Source: a bacterium (GTDB lineage: Bacteria > Hinthialibacterota > Hinthialibacteria > Hinthialibacterales > Hinthialibacteraceae). From it: DNA of 20,613 nucleotides. Where the stretch lies: contig JBHGBC010000107.1 in assembly GCA_041946805.1 (NCBI GenBank), positions 1 to 20,613 of the forward strand. Reading direction: 5' to 3'. Of this stretch, positions 8,071 to 18,819 are shown one piece after another. The notes under the pieces were generated by a model. That model made no database searches. It was not told where the DNA came from and saw nothing but the letters and a program-made list of their open reading frames with translations. Each line of letters begins with the position of its first letter. Within the stretch, counting starts at the first letter, position 1. The position numbers were made by a program, and so were the translations under genes.

Positions 8071-9530
8071 GCCGGCATACCTCCTTTCGACGATTTCGCG
8101 CCCCAGGCGATGGACAATCCGATGTAAAAAACCATGGCCAGGATATAGCCGGGCAGCCAACGGAAATATAGATGCAGTTTTGAAACGGGATTGAAAACGT
8201 CAAACGCCTGCAGCAATGAAATCAGGAAGGACGGCAATCCCAAGGCGGTGGCGATGGAAATGGCGTATGGCCACAGGCAAATTAACAACACCGCGATCCA
8301 GGTGATCATCGCGGGCCAGTTGAACATCACTTTCCGCTTTTCCGCCCAGAACTGCTCGAGACCCATAAGCGGGAAGAGCCAATGCTCGGTGAAGACCACC
8401 GCGCCGATGGGCATGAGGATCAACCCGTAGAGCGCCACAAAATTGAGCAGGTTCATGACGAAGGCCGGAAAAATGGCCATGAAGGTGGCGGTCAGGAAGG
8501 CGATGGTGGTGGTCACCCAGCGCGGCCAGTTGGGCGTGACGATCTGAATCGCCAGCCCCGACCGGTAGATCGTGGGATTGGCGGTTGTCCACCCGGCCAA
8601 CACCACGCACAGCGCGCCCGCGACACCCGCGGCGTTGTAGGCCATGGGGCCCGGTTCGATCGTGGGGCCGTAAGCGGCGACCATGATGCCCGAGCAGATC
8701 CAGGCGAGAAAATGCCCCAGGTACATCCCCACGGCCGAATAGAGGCCGTAGGCCCAATGCTTCGCGTACCGGAACAGGGCCATGTCGGAGAGCCCCACGT
8801 GCATGGCCAGGTTGCAAAACCACGCGAAAAAGATGATGTGCATCATCCCCAGTTTCTCTTGCCCCTCCGCGGGAACGCCGTTCCAAATCTTCGTGTGCGC
8901 GATCTGCATGAAATCCGCGAAGGACCGCACTTCCCCCAGCTGCGGCAGCACGGCGATGGCCCCGGCGATGAACACCAGAAACATCCAGGGCACGCACACG
9001 GCGGAAAACTGGCTGACGCGCTTGAATCCCAGAATGGCCACGGTCCCCACCACCACGCCGATGGCCACCACCACCACGACCCAGCCCACGCTATTGGGAT
9101 ACAAATCATTCAACTTGGGCATGGGAATGTTGAAGGGAATCCCCACGGCGGTGGCGGACACGGTGATCATCGCCCCGGCCAGGATGCAGTAGAGGAACGC
9201 GTTGGCCAGGTTGTAAATCACCATGACCCCCGGCCCGGCGATTTTCCGCACGTACCAGTAGAGCGTCAGCCGGACCTGCGTGGCGATGGGCGCGCATATG
9301 AGCGTCCACGACAATACCGCCAGCAGGTTGCCAATGATCAGGCCCACAAGCAGATCGGTGGCGGTGACGCCATGCAGCACGAACATCGCCCCGATCACGA
9401 ATTCGGTCCCGGCGACGTGCTCGCCCGCGAACACGTTGGCAAAACGGCTGCCCTTGTGGAGCCGGTCTTCCCCCACCGGTTCGCGGTCAAACTCGTACAG
9501 CTTATCGAGCCGCTGGGCCATCTGCGCCAT
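8067..9530 (-). CDS. Purine-cytosine permease-like (NCS1-related) transporter (487 aa)
   Basis: About 12 hydrophobic segments; YEFDREPV, GEHVAGTEF and AGWTTANPTIY. Start placed at ATG 9530 because the upstream in-frame extension does not look protein-like. Confidence 0.78.
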   Translation of the reverse strand: MAQMAQRLDKLYEFDREPVGEDRLHKGSRFANVFAGEHVAGTEFVIGAMFVLHGVTATDLLVGLIIGNLLAVLSWTLICAPIATQVRLTLYWYVRKIAGPGVMVIYNLANAFLYCILAGAMITVSATAVGIPFNIPMPKLNDLYPNSVGWVVVVVAIGVVVGTVAILGFKRVSQFSAVCVPWMFLVFIAGAIAVLPQLGEVRSFADFMQIAHTKIWNGVPAEGQEKLGMMHIIFFAWFCNLAMHVGLSDMALFRYAKHWAYGLYSAVGMYLGHFLAWICSGIMVAAYGPTIEPGPMAYNAAGVAGALCVVLAGWTTANPTIYRSGLAIQIVTPNWPRWVTTTIAFLTATFMAIFPAFVMNLLNFVALYGLILMPIGAVVFTEHWLFPLMGLEQFWAEKRKVMFNWPAMITWIAVLLICLWPYAISIATALGLPSFLISLLQAFDVFNPVSKLHLYFRWLPGYILAMVFYIGLSIAWGAKSSKGGMPA

Positions 9531-9749
9531 CGATGCTTCTTGATTCACCGAAACTCTCCTCGTCCAGGATGACATGCCAAGCACCCGGCGATTGTAACGA
9601 AAAGTCCTCGCCTCATTCAAGTGAAGCCGTGGAAATCCCGGAAAGAGGCGGATCGACCGCCGCGGCGCACGGAGGTGATTTTCATCGATCATTTCGAAGA
9701 GACGCGTACCGGCGGTCTGAAAAAAGCACGCAACTGCCGGTTGAGCCAT

Positions 9750-9975
9750 AATATTTTTTTACAATGAATTCTTTTTATCTTCATGTTATTTATGGAATAA
9801 TTATTTACAAAAAGTACTTGGAAATTTCAAATGACCGAATACAATAGATTCATATAACCGGACGGCAATGGAAGCATTAATTCTTACTTTACTTTTTTGG
9901 ATCCCCGCCTAAGGGGAAAAGGTGGGAAATTTGTATTTTTTTGTATTTGGCCTTGATCCGGGGGATCTTTTGTTG
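9750..9975. promoter_or_regulatory. AT-rich divergent promoter region between the permease and the LRR gene
   Basis: Abrupt drop in GC with long A/T runs between divergent starts. No single promoter can be assigned. Confidence 0.5.
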
Positions 9976-10004
9976 TCTTGATTCCTGGATGCGGGAGGAT
10001 CCCG

Positions 10005-12500
10005 ATGCGAAGCCCCTTGTTCTTGATTGGCGCGGTAATTCTTTTAATTTTTAAAACCTCTTACGCCCAAAACATCAACACCTCCACGAATTTTCCCGAT
10101 CCCAATTTCCGCGCGGCCGTGGAATACTTCATGGGAGTGGGACAGAGTGGGGTGTTCACCGCGGCCGAGGCGGCCGCCAAAGGAGGAACTCTTTATTGTG
10201 GTTATTTAAATATAACGGATATGACCGGCTTGGCTTTTTTCACGAATATAACAGGATTGAGTTGCAATTCGAATCAATTGACTCAGTTAGACGTCTCCTC
10301 TAATACCGCCTTGCGGGTGCTGGATTGTTACGGAAATCAGTTGACCCAGTTAGACGTCTCCTCTAATACCGCCTTGCAGGTGCTGGATTGCAGCTGGAAT
10401 CAATTAATCCAGCTCGATGTCACCTCCAATACCGGATTGCGCTTTTTGCTCTGCTCACAGAACCAATTGAGCCAGTTGACCGTGACCTCCCATCCCTCGT
10501 TAATATGGCTGAATGTCTCCAATAATGACATTCAGTTCTTGGATTGCAGTTCAAATCAAATTACAGATCTGGATGTTTCCGGAAATCCCAATTTGAGTTT
10601 ATTGGATTGTAGTGGGAATCAATTAACAGTGCTCGATGTAACCACCCTTACCGGTTTAGGCGTCTTGGACTGCAGTTTCAATCTACTGACCTGCCTGGAT
10701 GTTTCCGGAAATCCCGCTTTGAGTTTTTTGGATTGCCATGGAAATCAATTAACCCAGCTCGATATCGCCTCCAATTATAATTTGATCTTCTTGAACTGCT
10801 CGGGAAATCAATTCAGCCAGCTGACCGTGACCTCCCATCCCATGCTGTATGGGCTGGATGTCTCCGATAACGCCAATCTGTACTACTTGAATTGCAGTTT
10901 GAATCAACTGACCAATCTGGATGTTGCCGGCGATTTCTCTTTGAATGAATTGATTTGCGGCGGGAATCAATTAACCCAGCTCGATGTCACCTCCAATTAT
11001 AATTTAAGCTACTTGGACTGCTCCGGAAATCAATTGAGCCAGCTGACCGTGACCTCCCATCCCTGGTTGTATTGGCTGGATGTCTCCACGAATCCCGTGT
11101 TGAACTCCGTGAATTGCCGATTGAATCAATTGACCCACCTGGATGTTTCCGGCGATTCCTCTTTGACTGAATTGGATTGCAGCATGAATCAATTGACCCT
11201 GTTGGATGTAACGGCCAACCCAGCTTTAACATCGCTTATCTGTTCCAACAATCCCTTGACGCAACTGAACCTGTCCTCCTGCCCGGCCTTACAATACTTG
11301 GATTGCAGCTCGAATCAATTGACTGATCTCGATCTTTCGTCCAATACCTCCTTACAATCCTTGGAGTGTGCCGGGAATCAATTAACCCAATTGGTTCTTT
11401 ACGCCAATCCCCTATTAACTTCCTTGAATTGCACGATCAATCTTTTGACCCAGCTGGATATTTCCACCAACCTCGCATTACAGTATCTCAATTGCGCGTA
11501 CAATCAAATCGGCTCCATATCCAGTTGGGCCGCGAACACCGGCCTCACCGCGGGGGATACCGTTGACGTCCGATACAACAATCTCACGGCTGACGATATC
11601 GGCGGCTTAATCATTCTGAGAATGCGTCTCGGAGACCCGGTATTTCAAATGGTAACATTAATTTCCGGTTTTGCCTATAATCCCCAGAATGGCGGAGTGA
11701 TCGTTTTGCCCGCGTCCGGAGACGATTTCAACGGCGACGGCCAGCCCGACTTGTTTTGGCGTCATTACGCCACCGGCGCCAATGCCGTTTGGCTGATGAA
11801 CAACCGCGCCATCATCGGCAGCTACTCCCTGCCCGCGGTTCCGGATTTGAACTGGGTCTATTCCGGCCTGGGGGATTTCAACGGCGACGGAAAACCGGAC
11901 TTGGTCTGGCGGCATTACGGAAACGGGAAAAACGCGGTCTGGTACATGAACGGGCCGAAGATCATCGGATCGGCGTATTTCGCGCCGGTCAAGGACATCT
12001 TTTGGGTGTTGTCCGGCGTGGAGGATATGAACCAGGATGGCCATCCCGACCTGATCTGGCGGCATTACGGGAATGGGAAAAACGCCATCTGGCACATGAA
12101 TAACGCGGCGGCCGCCGGATCGGTGTATTTTTCACCCTGCGCCGACTTGAACTGGATGATCGCGGGCGTGCGGGATTTCGACGGCAATGGCCATCCCGAC
12201 CTGCTCTGGCGGAACTACGGCACGGGGCAAAACGCCCTCTGGTACATGACCGGCGCGGTCTGCACCGGATCGAAACCGCTGAATCCCTCGCCGGACCTGA
12301 ATTGGCGGATCGCGTGCGTCACCGATCCGAATCAAGACGGTTTCCACGATATCGTCTGGCGGCATTATCAAAACGGCCAGAACGCGGTCTGGTATATGAA
12401 TAACGCGGCGCTCACCGGTTCGGGCTACATGACTCCGGTTTCCAGCCTCGGTTGGACGTTGGGAACCTCGTACATCCCCCAACTCGTGAAGGGGATGTAA
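10005..12500 (+). CDS. Secreted protein: IRREKO-type leucine-rich repeats plus C-terminal FG-GAP/VCBS-like repeats (831 aa)
   Basis: GGAGG RBS before ATG 10005; signal peptide ending SYA-Q; N-cap FPDPNFRAAV; 19 LxxLxCxxNQLxxLDVxxN units; five D-F/M-N-x-D-G-x-P-D-L-x-W-R repeats of about 50 aa. Confidence 0.9.
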   Translation: MRSPLFLIGAVILLIFKTSYAQNINTSTNFPDPNFRAAVEYFMGVGQSGVFTAAEAAAKGGTLYCGYLNITDMTGLAFFTNITGLSCNSNQLTQLDVSSNTALRVLDCYGNQLTQLDVSSNTALQVLDCSWNQLIQLDVTSNTGLRFLLCSQNQLSQLTVTSHPSLIWLNVSNNDIQFLDCSSNQITDLDVSGNPNLSLLDCSGNQLTVLDVTTLTGLGVLDCSFNLLTCLDVSGNPALSFLDCHGNQLTQLDIASNYNLIFLNCSGNQFSQLTVTSHPMLYGLDVSDNANLYYLNCSLNQLTNLDVAGDFSLNELICGGNQLTQLDVTSNYNLSYLDCSGNQLSQLTVTSHPWLYWLDVSTNPVLNSVNCRLNQLTHLDVSGDSSLTELDCSMNQLTLLDVTANPALTSLICSNNPLTQLNLSSCPALQYLDCSSNQLTDLDLSSNTSLQSLECAGNQLTQLVLYANPLLTSLNCTINLLTQLDISTNLALQYLNCAYNQIGSISSWAANTGLTAGDTVDVRYNNLTADDIGGLIILRMRLGDPVFQMVTLISGFAYNPQNGGVIVLPASGDDFNGDGQPDLFWRHYATGANAVWLMNNRAIIGSYSLPAVPDLNWVYSGLGDFNGDGKPDLVWRHYGNGKNAVWYMNGPKIIGSAYFAPVKDIFWVLSGVEDMNQDGHPDLIWRHYGNGKNAIWHMNNAAAAGSVYFSPCADLNWMIAGVRDFDGNGHPDLLWRNYGTGQNALWYMTGAVCTGSKPLNPSPDLNWRIACVTDPNQDGFHDIVWRHYQNGQNAVWYMNNAALTGSGYMTPVSSLGWTLGTSYIPQLVKGM
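10257..11510 (+). repeat. Intragenic 63-bp-period tandem LRR array with a higher-order 222-bp duplication
   Basis: 10284-10327 and 10347-10390 match at 43 of 44 nt. The TGACCGTGACCTCCCATCCC motif occurs three times (about 10477, 10822 and 11044). Confidence 0.85.
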
Positions 12501-12586
12501 CTCCGGATCATCCGGGAAGCGCGGGCATTCCCTCCCCGAAAACACGGCCGGCACTCAATCCGGCTGGTTCGCGGGATCAACCCCAT

Positions 12587-12717
12587 ATCCCCTCTCCCTC
12601 TGGGAGAGGACTCGGGGAAGGGGATTTTGGCAGGGGCGGACCTGGGTGTCCCCCCGGATTAGCGAGTGGATGAAAGGCCTTCTTCACTCGCAGGTGCGCA
12701 CTGGCCGGATGAACCTT
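12587..12717. repeat. Composite dispersed repeat, copy 2
   Basis: About 82% identical to 39-171 by manual alignment, with the first 23 nt identical. Lies between the two FG-GAP genes. Confidence 0.85.
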
Positions 12718-12765
12718 TTTTATAGGCGTGGGTGGAACCTAATTCTGTAATCCGGAGGAAGCCAT

Positions 12766-14397
<1,632 letters not shown>

Positions 14398-14404
14398 CAC
14401 TGCG

Positions 14405-14452
14405 TTCCTCGGTGCGGGGCATGCCCGTACCTTTTTTCTCCGCCGCGAGGAA
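14405..14452 (+). terminator. Hairpin with T-tract just downstream of the FGE-domain gene
   Basis: GGTGCGGG-GCATG-CCCGTACC (14411-14431, one G-T pair) followed by T6 (14432-14437). Outer arms TTCCTCG and CGAGGAA are also complementary. Confidence 0.55.
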
Positions 14453-14702
14453 ATCTTTATCTCACGGATCAGGCCCGCGGGATCCACCCCATCCCTTCTT
14501 TTTCCGGAGGAGGTCTCAGCTCATTACGCAAACGTCCTGAGCAGGCCGAAGCATTTCCTCCCCGCCGGGATCCATGCGGAGGGCCGCCGGTTTTCAACTC
14601 GCGGTTGGAATCGCGTCTGGCCCCGCATCGCCTGGAGCCCCCACCGGCCTGTTTCTCCGTGTTCTCCGTGTCCGCGCGGTGAACTATCAACCGCTCCCCC
14701 GT

Positions 14703-17312
14703 TCACTCCAAAAAACAAACCGCTTGCTGCGTTTTCGGATCGGCGCACACCTGCACCGCCCGGCCGTCCCGCTCCGCATCGATGAGACGGATCAGCGGCG
14801 CGTATTCGGCCGCCTCGGGGAGCAATTCCCCCAGGCGGTCGGGGGCTTGTTCAAAGAACGCCTCGTTGAATTCCGATTTCGGATCGTTGGGAAAGAGTGG
14901 CAAATACAGGATTTCGTCTTCCACCAGGTCCAGGAAAAAGTGGCTGCCGTACGACACTTCCGGCATCTGACCCGATTCCTCCCGCGCGATCTCCACCAGG
15001 ATCGAAGCGTTGTTGATGTCCGCGTAGTGCACATTCACTCCCAACTCGATGTTGCTGCTGCCCCACCGCCCCGGCCCCATCATCAAGATCTTGCCGCTCT
15101 GCACGCGGGGATGCGCATTGATCCGGCCGATGATCCGGCCCAGCGATTTTTTGACTGTCATCGGCGCGTCATGGTACCGCCGGGGATCGATGTACATCAC
15201 GTACCGGATGTTCGGCACTATCCCGCCACTCACGATCCGGCCGGACCGGAACAAAACCCGCTCCCGGGGGATGTCCGGCGGCATGTCGGCCTGCAGGCTT
15301 TGCATCCCGGGCAGGGTCATGGGCCGGCACTGCAGAAGATGGATGCGCGCCCGCCCCTTGGAATGGACAAACGCCGTGAACTCCGTATCGATCGGCCGGC
15401 CGTACGCCCGTTCCAGGATCTCCAGCATCCGCCCGAGGATCTTCACGAGGTCGGTCTGCCGGATCAGGTTGTTGAAGGTCAACACGTAATCCCCCGCTTC
15501 CCCTTCCAGGAAGGGGGAAGAGGGATCGGTCAGGCACCCGTCCTTCATCAGCGAAACATACAAATGCTGGTTGGGGTAGTCCCGGCCGGCCAGAATATCG
15601 GCGACGTTCAGGGACACCAGATCGTTGCGGTCCAGATCGAGCAGGTCGATTTCCCGCTGCGAATATTTGACCACCTTCGCGCCGGTCTCGGGACGCAACT
15701 CCGGATGGCTGATGGCGATCAGACGCGGATAATCGCCTCCCGTCCGGTCCACCGCCCGCGTCCCCAGGCCGAACACCAGGCGGATCATGCCCTTCTTGGG
15801 ATCGATGCGGTTGGTCCAGGCGTACATGTTGTACGAAAACGCCACCCCGGCGAGGCTGGGAAAAAAATAGTGCCGGTACTGCATCCCCGAAACCCGCTGC
15901 ACCAATAAGGCCATCTGCTCGTCCCGGTCGCTGAGCCCCCGCTTGCGCCGGTAGGACAGGGCGTCCAGGTTGAGCGAACTGGCGTAGACCAGCTTCACCG
16001 CCTTCAAGAAGGCCTGCAGCCGCTGTTCCGGACTTCCCTGGTTGCAGCAGAATTCACTGCGGTACTTCCCGGCGAAGGCGTTGCCGAAACTGTCTTCCAA
16101 CATGCTGCTGGAACGCACGATGATGGGCGCCTGGCCGAAATACTCCAGCATATTCTGGAATTGGCTGAGAATGTCCCGCGGGAAGGTGCCTTCCAGGAAA
16201 CGGTTCTCCACTTCCTCGAATTCCTCGTGCGAGATCTGCGCCCCCCGCGAGAGCTGCATCTTCAGCCGGAACAAATTGTTGCGGACCAGAAACGTGAAAA
16301 AAACATCCGAGCCGATGTAAAACGAATCGTGGTCCTCCATGACCTGGGAAAAATCGATATCGCTATTTTCCCGCAGCAGGATGCTCCGCGCCAGCAGCAT
16401 GCCCGCCGCCTTCCCGCCGATCCGCCCCGTGCCAACAATGCGGTTGCGGATGGCGAACAGATCTTCCTGCGTGAAATAGGTCTCGGCCAGGTCCAGAAAC
16501 TCCGGATGGGCGCCCAGGATCATGCGCGCCAGCTCCTGCTTCAACGACACGATTTCCGGCTTGGCGGAGAGTGGAACGGCGTCATCCTCGTAATACTGGG
16601 TCAACTTGCGGTAGACCGCCTCCCAGGGCGCGGCGGAATCGACGCCGGCCCGCAAGGGATTCCGCTGCGGCAGCGCCACCGCCCGTGCCGCGTCGCCGCT
16701 TTGGAACAAGGGCAGAATCTCGTCCCCCTCGAACACGTGCGGCAAAAACATCTGGGAGGAATACCGGTCCCACACCTTGAGCGCATGGAAATATTTCGCG
16801 TCCCCGGCGCGGTAGAGATTGATCAACAATTGGGTAGTGTCACGGATGCGGGCCACCGCGCCGTCGTCATGATTCCCCAACTTCAACGCAAAATAGGCCA
16901 CCGTGTCCAACTCGTACAAAAACGGGCAGGTGAGCTGAAAGAAGTTGGCCAGCAGTTCGTCCGTCGCCCATTCGGCCACCAGCGAGGAGAGATTGTCGAA
17001 GACATAAAAATAACGCCGGCCCCGCGCCTCGATGATCCGGTGCACTTGCTCGCTGAAATAATCGAATCCCGGGCTGGGATCGACTTCGGCGATTTCCAGG
17101 CCCCCCTGCGGCTCGAGCACCGGCGGATGCGGCGCGAACCGCATGTAGACGCACGCGTGGCCGTCCTGGATGGACTGCCGGATAAACACCCGGGCCACAT
17201 GAAAATAATCTTCCAGATCGCTGATCTGCCAGACGACATTGTCGCCCAGCCGGATGTTCTGCAGGACTTGATCCAACGCGGGAATCCCGCTGCGTATGCT
17301 CGCGGCTTTCAT
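14703..17312 (-). CDS. PEP synthase/PPDK N-terminal (ATP-grasp) domain protein of unknown substrate (869 aa)
   Basis: GGKAAG, IVRSSSMLEDSFGNAFAGKY, MALLVQRV, AGVAFS, FGLGTRAV, DTEF and LLQCRP. The C-terminal domain has GPGRWGS and SYGSHFF. The N-terminus SGIPALDQVL is KaiC/RecA-like. Confidence 0.88.
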   Translation of the reverse strand: MKAASIRSGIPALDQVLQNIRLGDNVVWQISDLEDYFHVARVFIRQSIQDGHACVYMRFAPHPPVLEPQGGLEIAEVDPSPGFDYFSEQVHRIIEARGRRYFYVFDNLSSLVAEWATDELLANFFQLTCPFLYELDTVAYFALKLGNHDDGAVARIRDTTQLLINLYRAGDAKYFHALKVWDRYSSQMFLPHVFEGDEILPLFQSGDAARAVALPQRNPLRAGVDSAAPWEAVYRKLTQYYEDDAVPLSAKPEIVSLKQELARMILGAHPEFLDLAETYFTQEDLFAIRNRIVGTGRIGGKAAGMLLARSILLRENSDIDFSQVMEDHDSFYIGSDVFFTFLVRNNLFRLKMQLSRGAQISHEEFEEVENRFLEGTFPRDILSQFQNMLEYFGQAPIIVRSSSMLEDSFGNAFAGKYRSEFCCNQGSPEQRLQAFLKAVKLVYASSLNLDALSYRRKRGLSDRDEQMALLVQRVSGMQYRHYFFPSLAGVAFSYNMYAWTNRIDPKKGMIRLVFGLGTRAVDRTGGDYPRLIAISHPELRPETGAKVVKYSQREIDLLDLDRNDLVSLNVADILAGRDYPNQHLYVSLMKDGCLTDPSSPFLEGEAGDYVLTFNNLIRQTDLVKILGRMLEILERAYGRPIDTEFTAFVHSKGRARIHLLQCRPMTLPGMQSLQADMPPDIPRERVLFRSGRIVSGGIVPNIRYVMYIDPRRYHDAPMTVKKSLGRIIGRINAHPRVQSGKILMMGPGRWGSSNIELGVNVHYADINNASILVEIAREESGQMPEVSYGSHFFLDLVEDEILYLPLFPNDPKSEFNEAFFEQAPDRLGELLPEAAEYAPLIRLIDAERDGRAVQVCADPKTQQAVCFLE

Positions 17313-17373
17313 GCTGGGGCGCCCGCCGCGGCCGGCGCGGCCGTCGGCGTTCCTTTCCTCGGGGCGGACCGGC

Positions 17374-18624
17374 TCAATAAACCCATCCGCGGATCTTCAT
17401 GGCCTCGATGACGCGCAGCACGGCCACCACATACGCCGCCTTGCGCATGTCGATGGCGAAGCGCTTCGAGGCGGTCAAGACCGCCTGGTACGAGGCCGTC
17501 ATCTTGCGGTCCAGCCGCTCGTACACCACGTCCTTGTCCCAATAATACATGTACGCGTTCTGCACCATCTCAAAATACGAAACCGTGACGCCGCCCGCGT
17601 TGCACAAAAAATCGGGTATGATGTGCACGCCCTTCTGGTTCAAAATCGCGTCGGCCTCCGGCGTGGTGGGGCCGTTGGCCAGCTCGGCGATGATCTTGGC
17701 CTTGATCTCACACGCGTTCCGGCCCGTGATCACGTTCTCCAGGGCGGCGGGGATCAACACGTCCACGTCCAACGCCAGCAGATCTTCATGCGGGATGGAT
17801 TCGGCTTGGCCGAAGCCCACCACCGACCCGGTCATCGCCTTGTGCTTGCGCACGGCTTCCACATCCAGCCCTTGAGGATTGTACACTCCTCCCTGCGAAT
17901 CGCTCACCGCCACCACCTTGCCGGACAGCATGGACGAAACCAACTGGGCCGCGAAATACCCCGCATTGCCGAATCCTTGCACCGCCACCGTGGCCCCGGC
18001 CAGCGGCACCCCGAACTCCTCCGCCGCCTGCCGGATGGTGTACATCGCGCCCATGGCCGCCGCGTCCGAACGCCCCGCCGACCCGCCGACCGCCAGCGGC
18101 TTCCCGGTGATCACCCCGAACTGCGACCGCTGGGTGAGCTTCACGTATTCGTCCATCATCCACGCCATCACCTGCGGGTCCGTATACACATCCGGCGCCG
18201 GGATGTCCTTGTCCGGCCCCAATACCTCGCTCAAACGGTCCACGTACGTCCGGCTGAGACGCTCCAACTCCGGCTTGGACATCTCCTTGGGATTGCACAT
18301 CACACCGCCGCCCGCCCCGCCCAACGGCAGATTCAACAGGGAACACTTCCACGTCATCCACGCCGCGTGGGCGCGGACATTGTCGATGGTTTTGTCCGGA
18401 TGGAACCGGATGCCGCCCTTCGTCGGCCCCTTGGCGTTGTTGTATTGAACCCGGTAGCCCCGGAACACCCGGATCGATCCATCATCCATCCGGACCGGGA
18501 TGGAAATATGGATTTCCCGCATGGGCGCCCGGAGTATTTGATGAACGTCCTTGTCCAACTGGAGAATTTCGGCGCATTCATCCAACTGCTTTTGGGCGAT
18601 TTCAAAGGCATTCAATTCCGGCAT
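17374..18624 (-). CDS. gdhA: Glu/Leu/Phe/Val dehydrogenase (glutamate dehydrogenase) homologue lacking the catalytic lysine (416 aa)
   Basis: GPTKGGIRFHP, MTWKC, DIPAPDV, ITGKP, VQGFGNAG, IPAALEN, ELANGPTT and PDFLCNAGGVTVSYFE. The active-site motif reads GGAGGG. Start placed at ATG 18624 behind GGAG. Confidence 0.93.
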   Translation of the reverse strand: MPELNAFEIAQKQLDECAEILQLDKDVHQILRAPMREIHISIPVRMDDGSIRVFRGYRVQYNNAKGPTKGGIRFHPDKTIDNVRAHAAWMTWKCSLLNLPLGGAGGGVMCNPKEMSKPELERLSRTYVDRLSEVLGPDKDIPAPDVYTDPQVMAWMMDEYVKLTQRSQFGVITGKPLAVGGSAGRSDAAAMGAMYTIRQAAEEFGVPLAGATVAVQGFGNAGYFAAQLVSSMLSGKVVAVSDSQGGVYNPQGLDVEAVRKHKAMTGSVVGFGQAESIPHEDLLALDVDVLIPAALENVITGRNACEIKAKIIAELANGPTTPEADAILNQKGVHIIPDFLCNAGGVTVSYFEMVQNAYMYYWDKDVVYERLDRKMTASYQAVLTASKRFAIDMRKAAYVVAVLRVIEAMKIRGWVY

Positions 18625-18819
18625 GGTGTTTTCTCCATTCCACGGCGGCTCCGGCTGGACGGCGCGTGGCTTCCGTTCTCTCCGTCTCGAAGGGAATTGA
18701 TGCACCCGGACACGAAAAATCCCCCCTCCTTGAGCCACCCGCGGCCCAAGACACACGGATTTCCACCCCTCCGGCTCCCGGAGGACGGGTGGTTTATCTT
18801 ACCCACGTTTCTTCCGCGG

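Noticed and set aside
4747..9749. Longer starts from the ORF track (4747, 8160, 9749; likewise 1293, 9978 and 18756)
   Set aside because: The extensions lack protein-like character or overlap neighbours. Downstream ATGs mostly have clear RBS motifs and give typical family N-termini.
14703..17312. Calling this gene ppsA or ppdK
   Set aside because: It lacks the C-terminal PEP/pyruvate-binding barrel.
17374..18624. Calling the GDH homologue a pseudogene
   Set aside because: Intact full-length frame, RBS present and most family motifs conserved.
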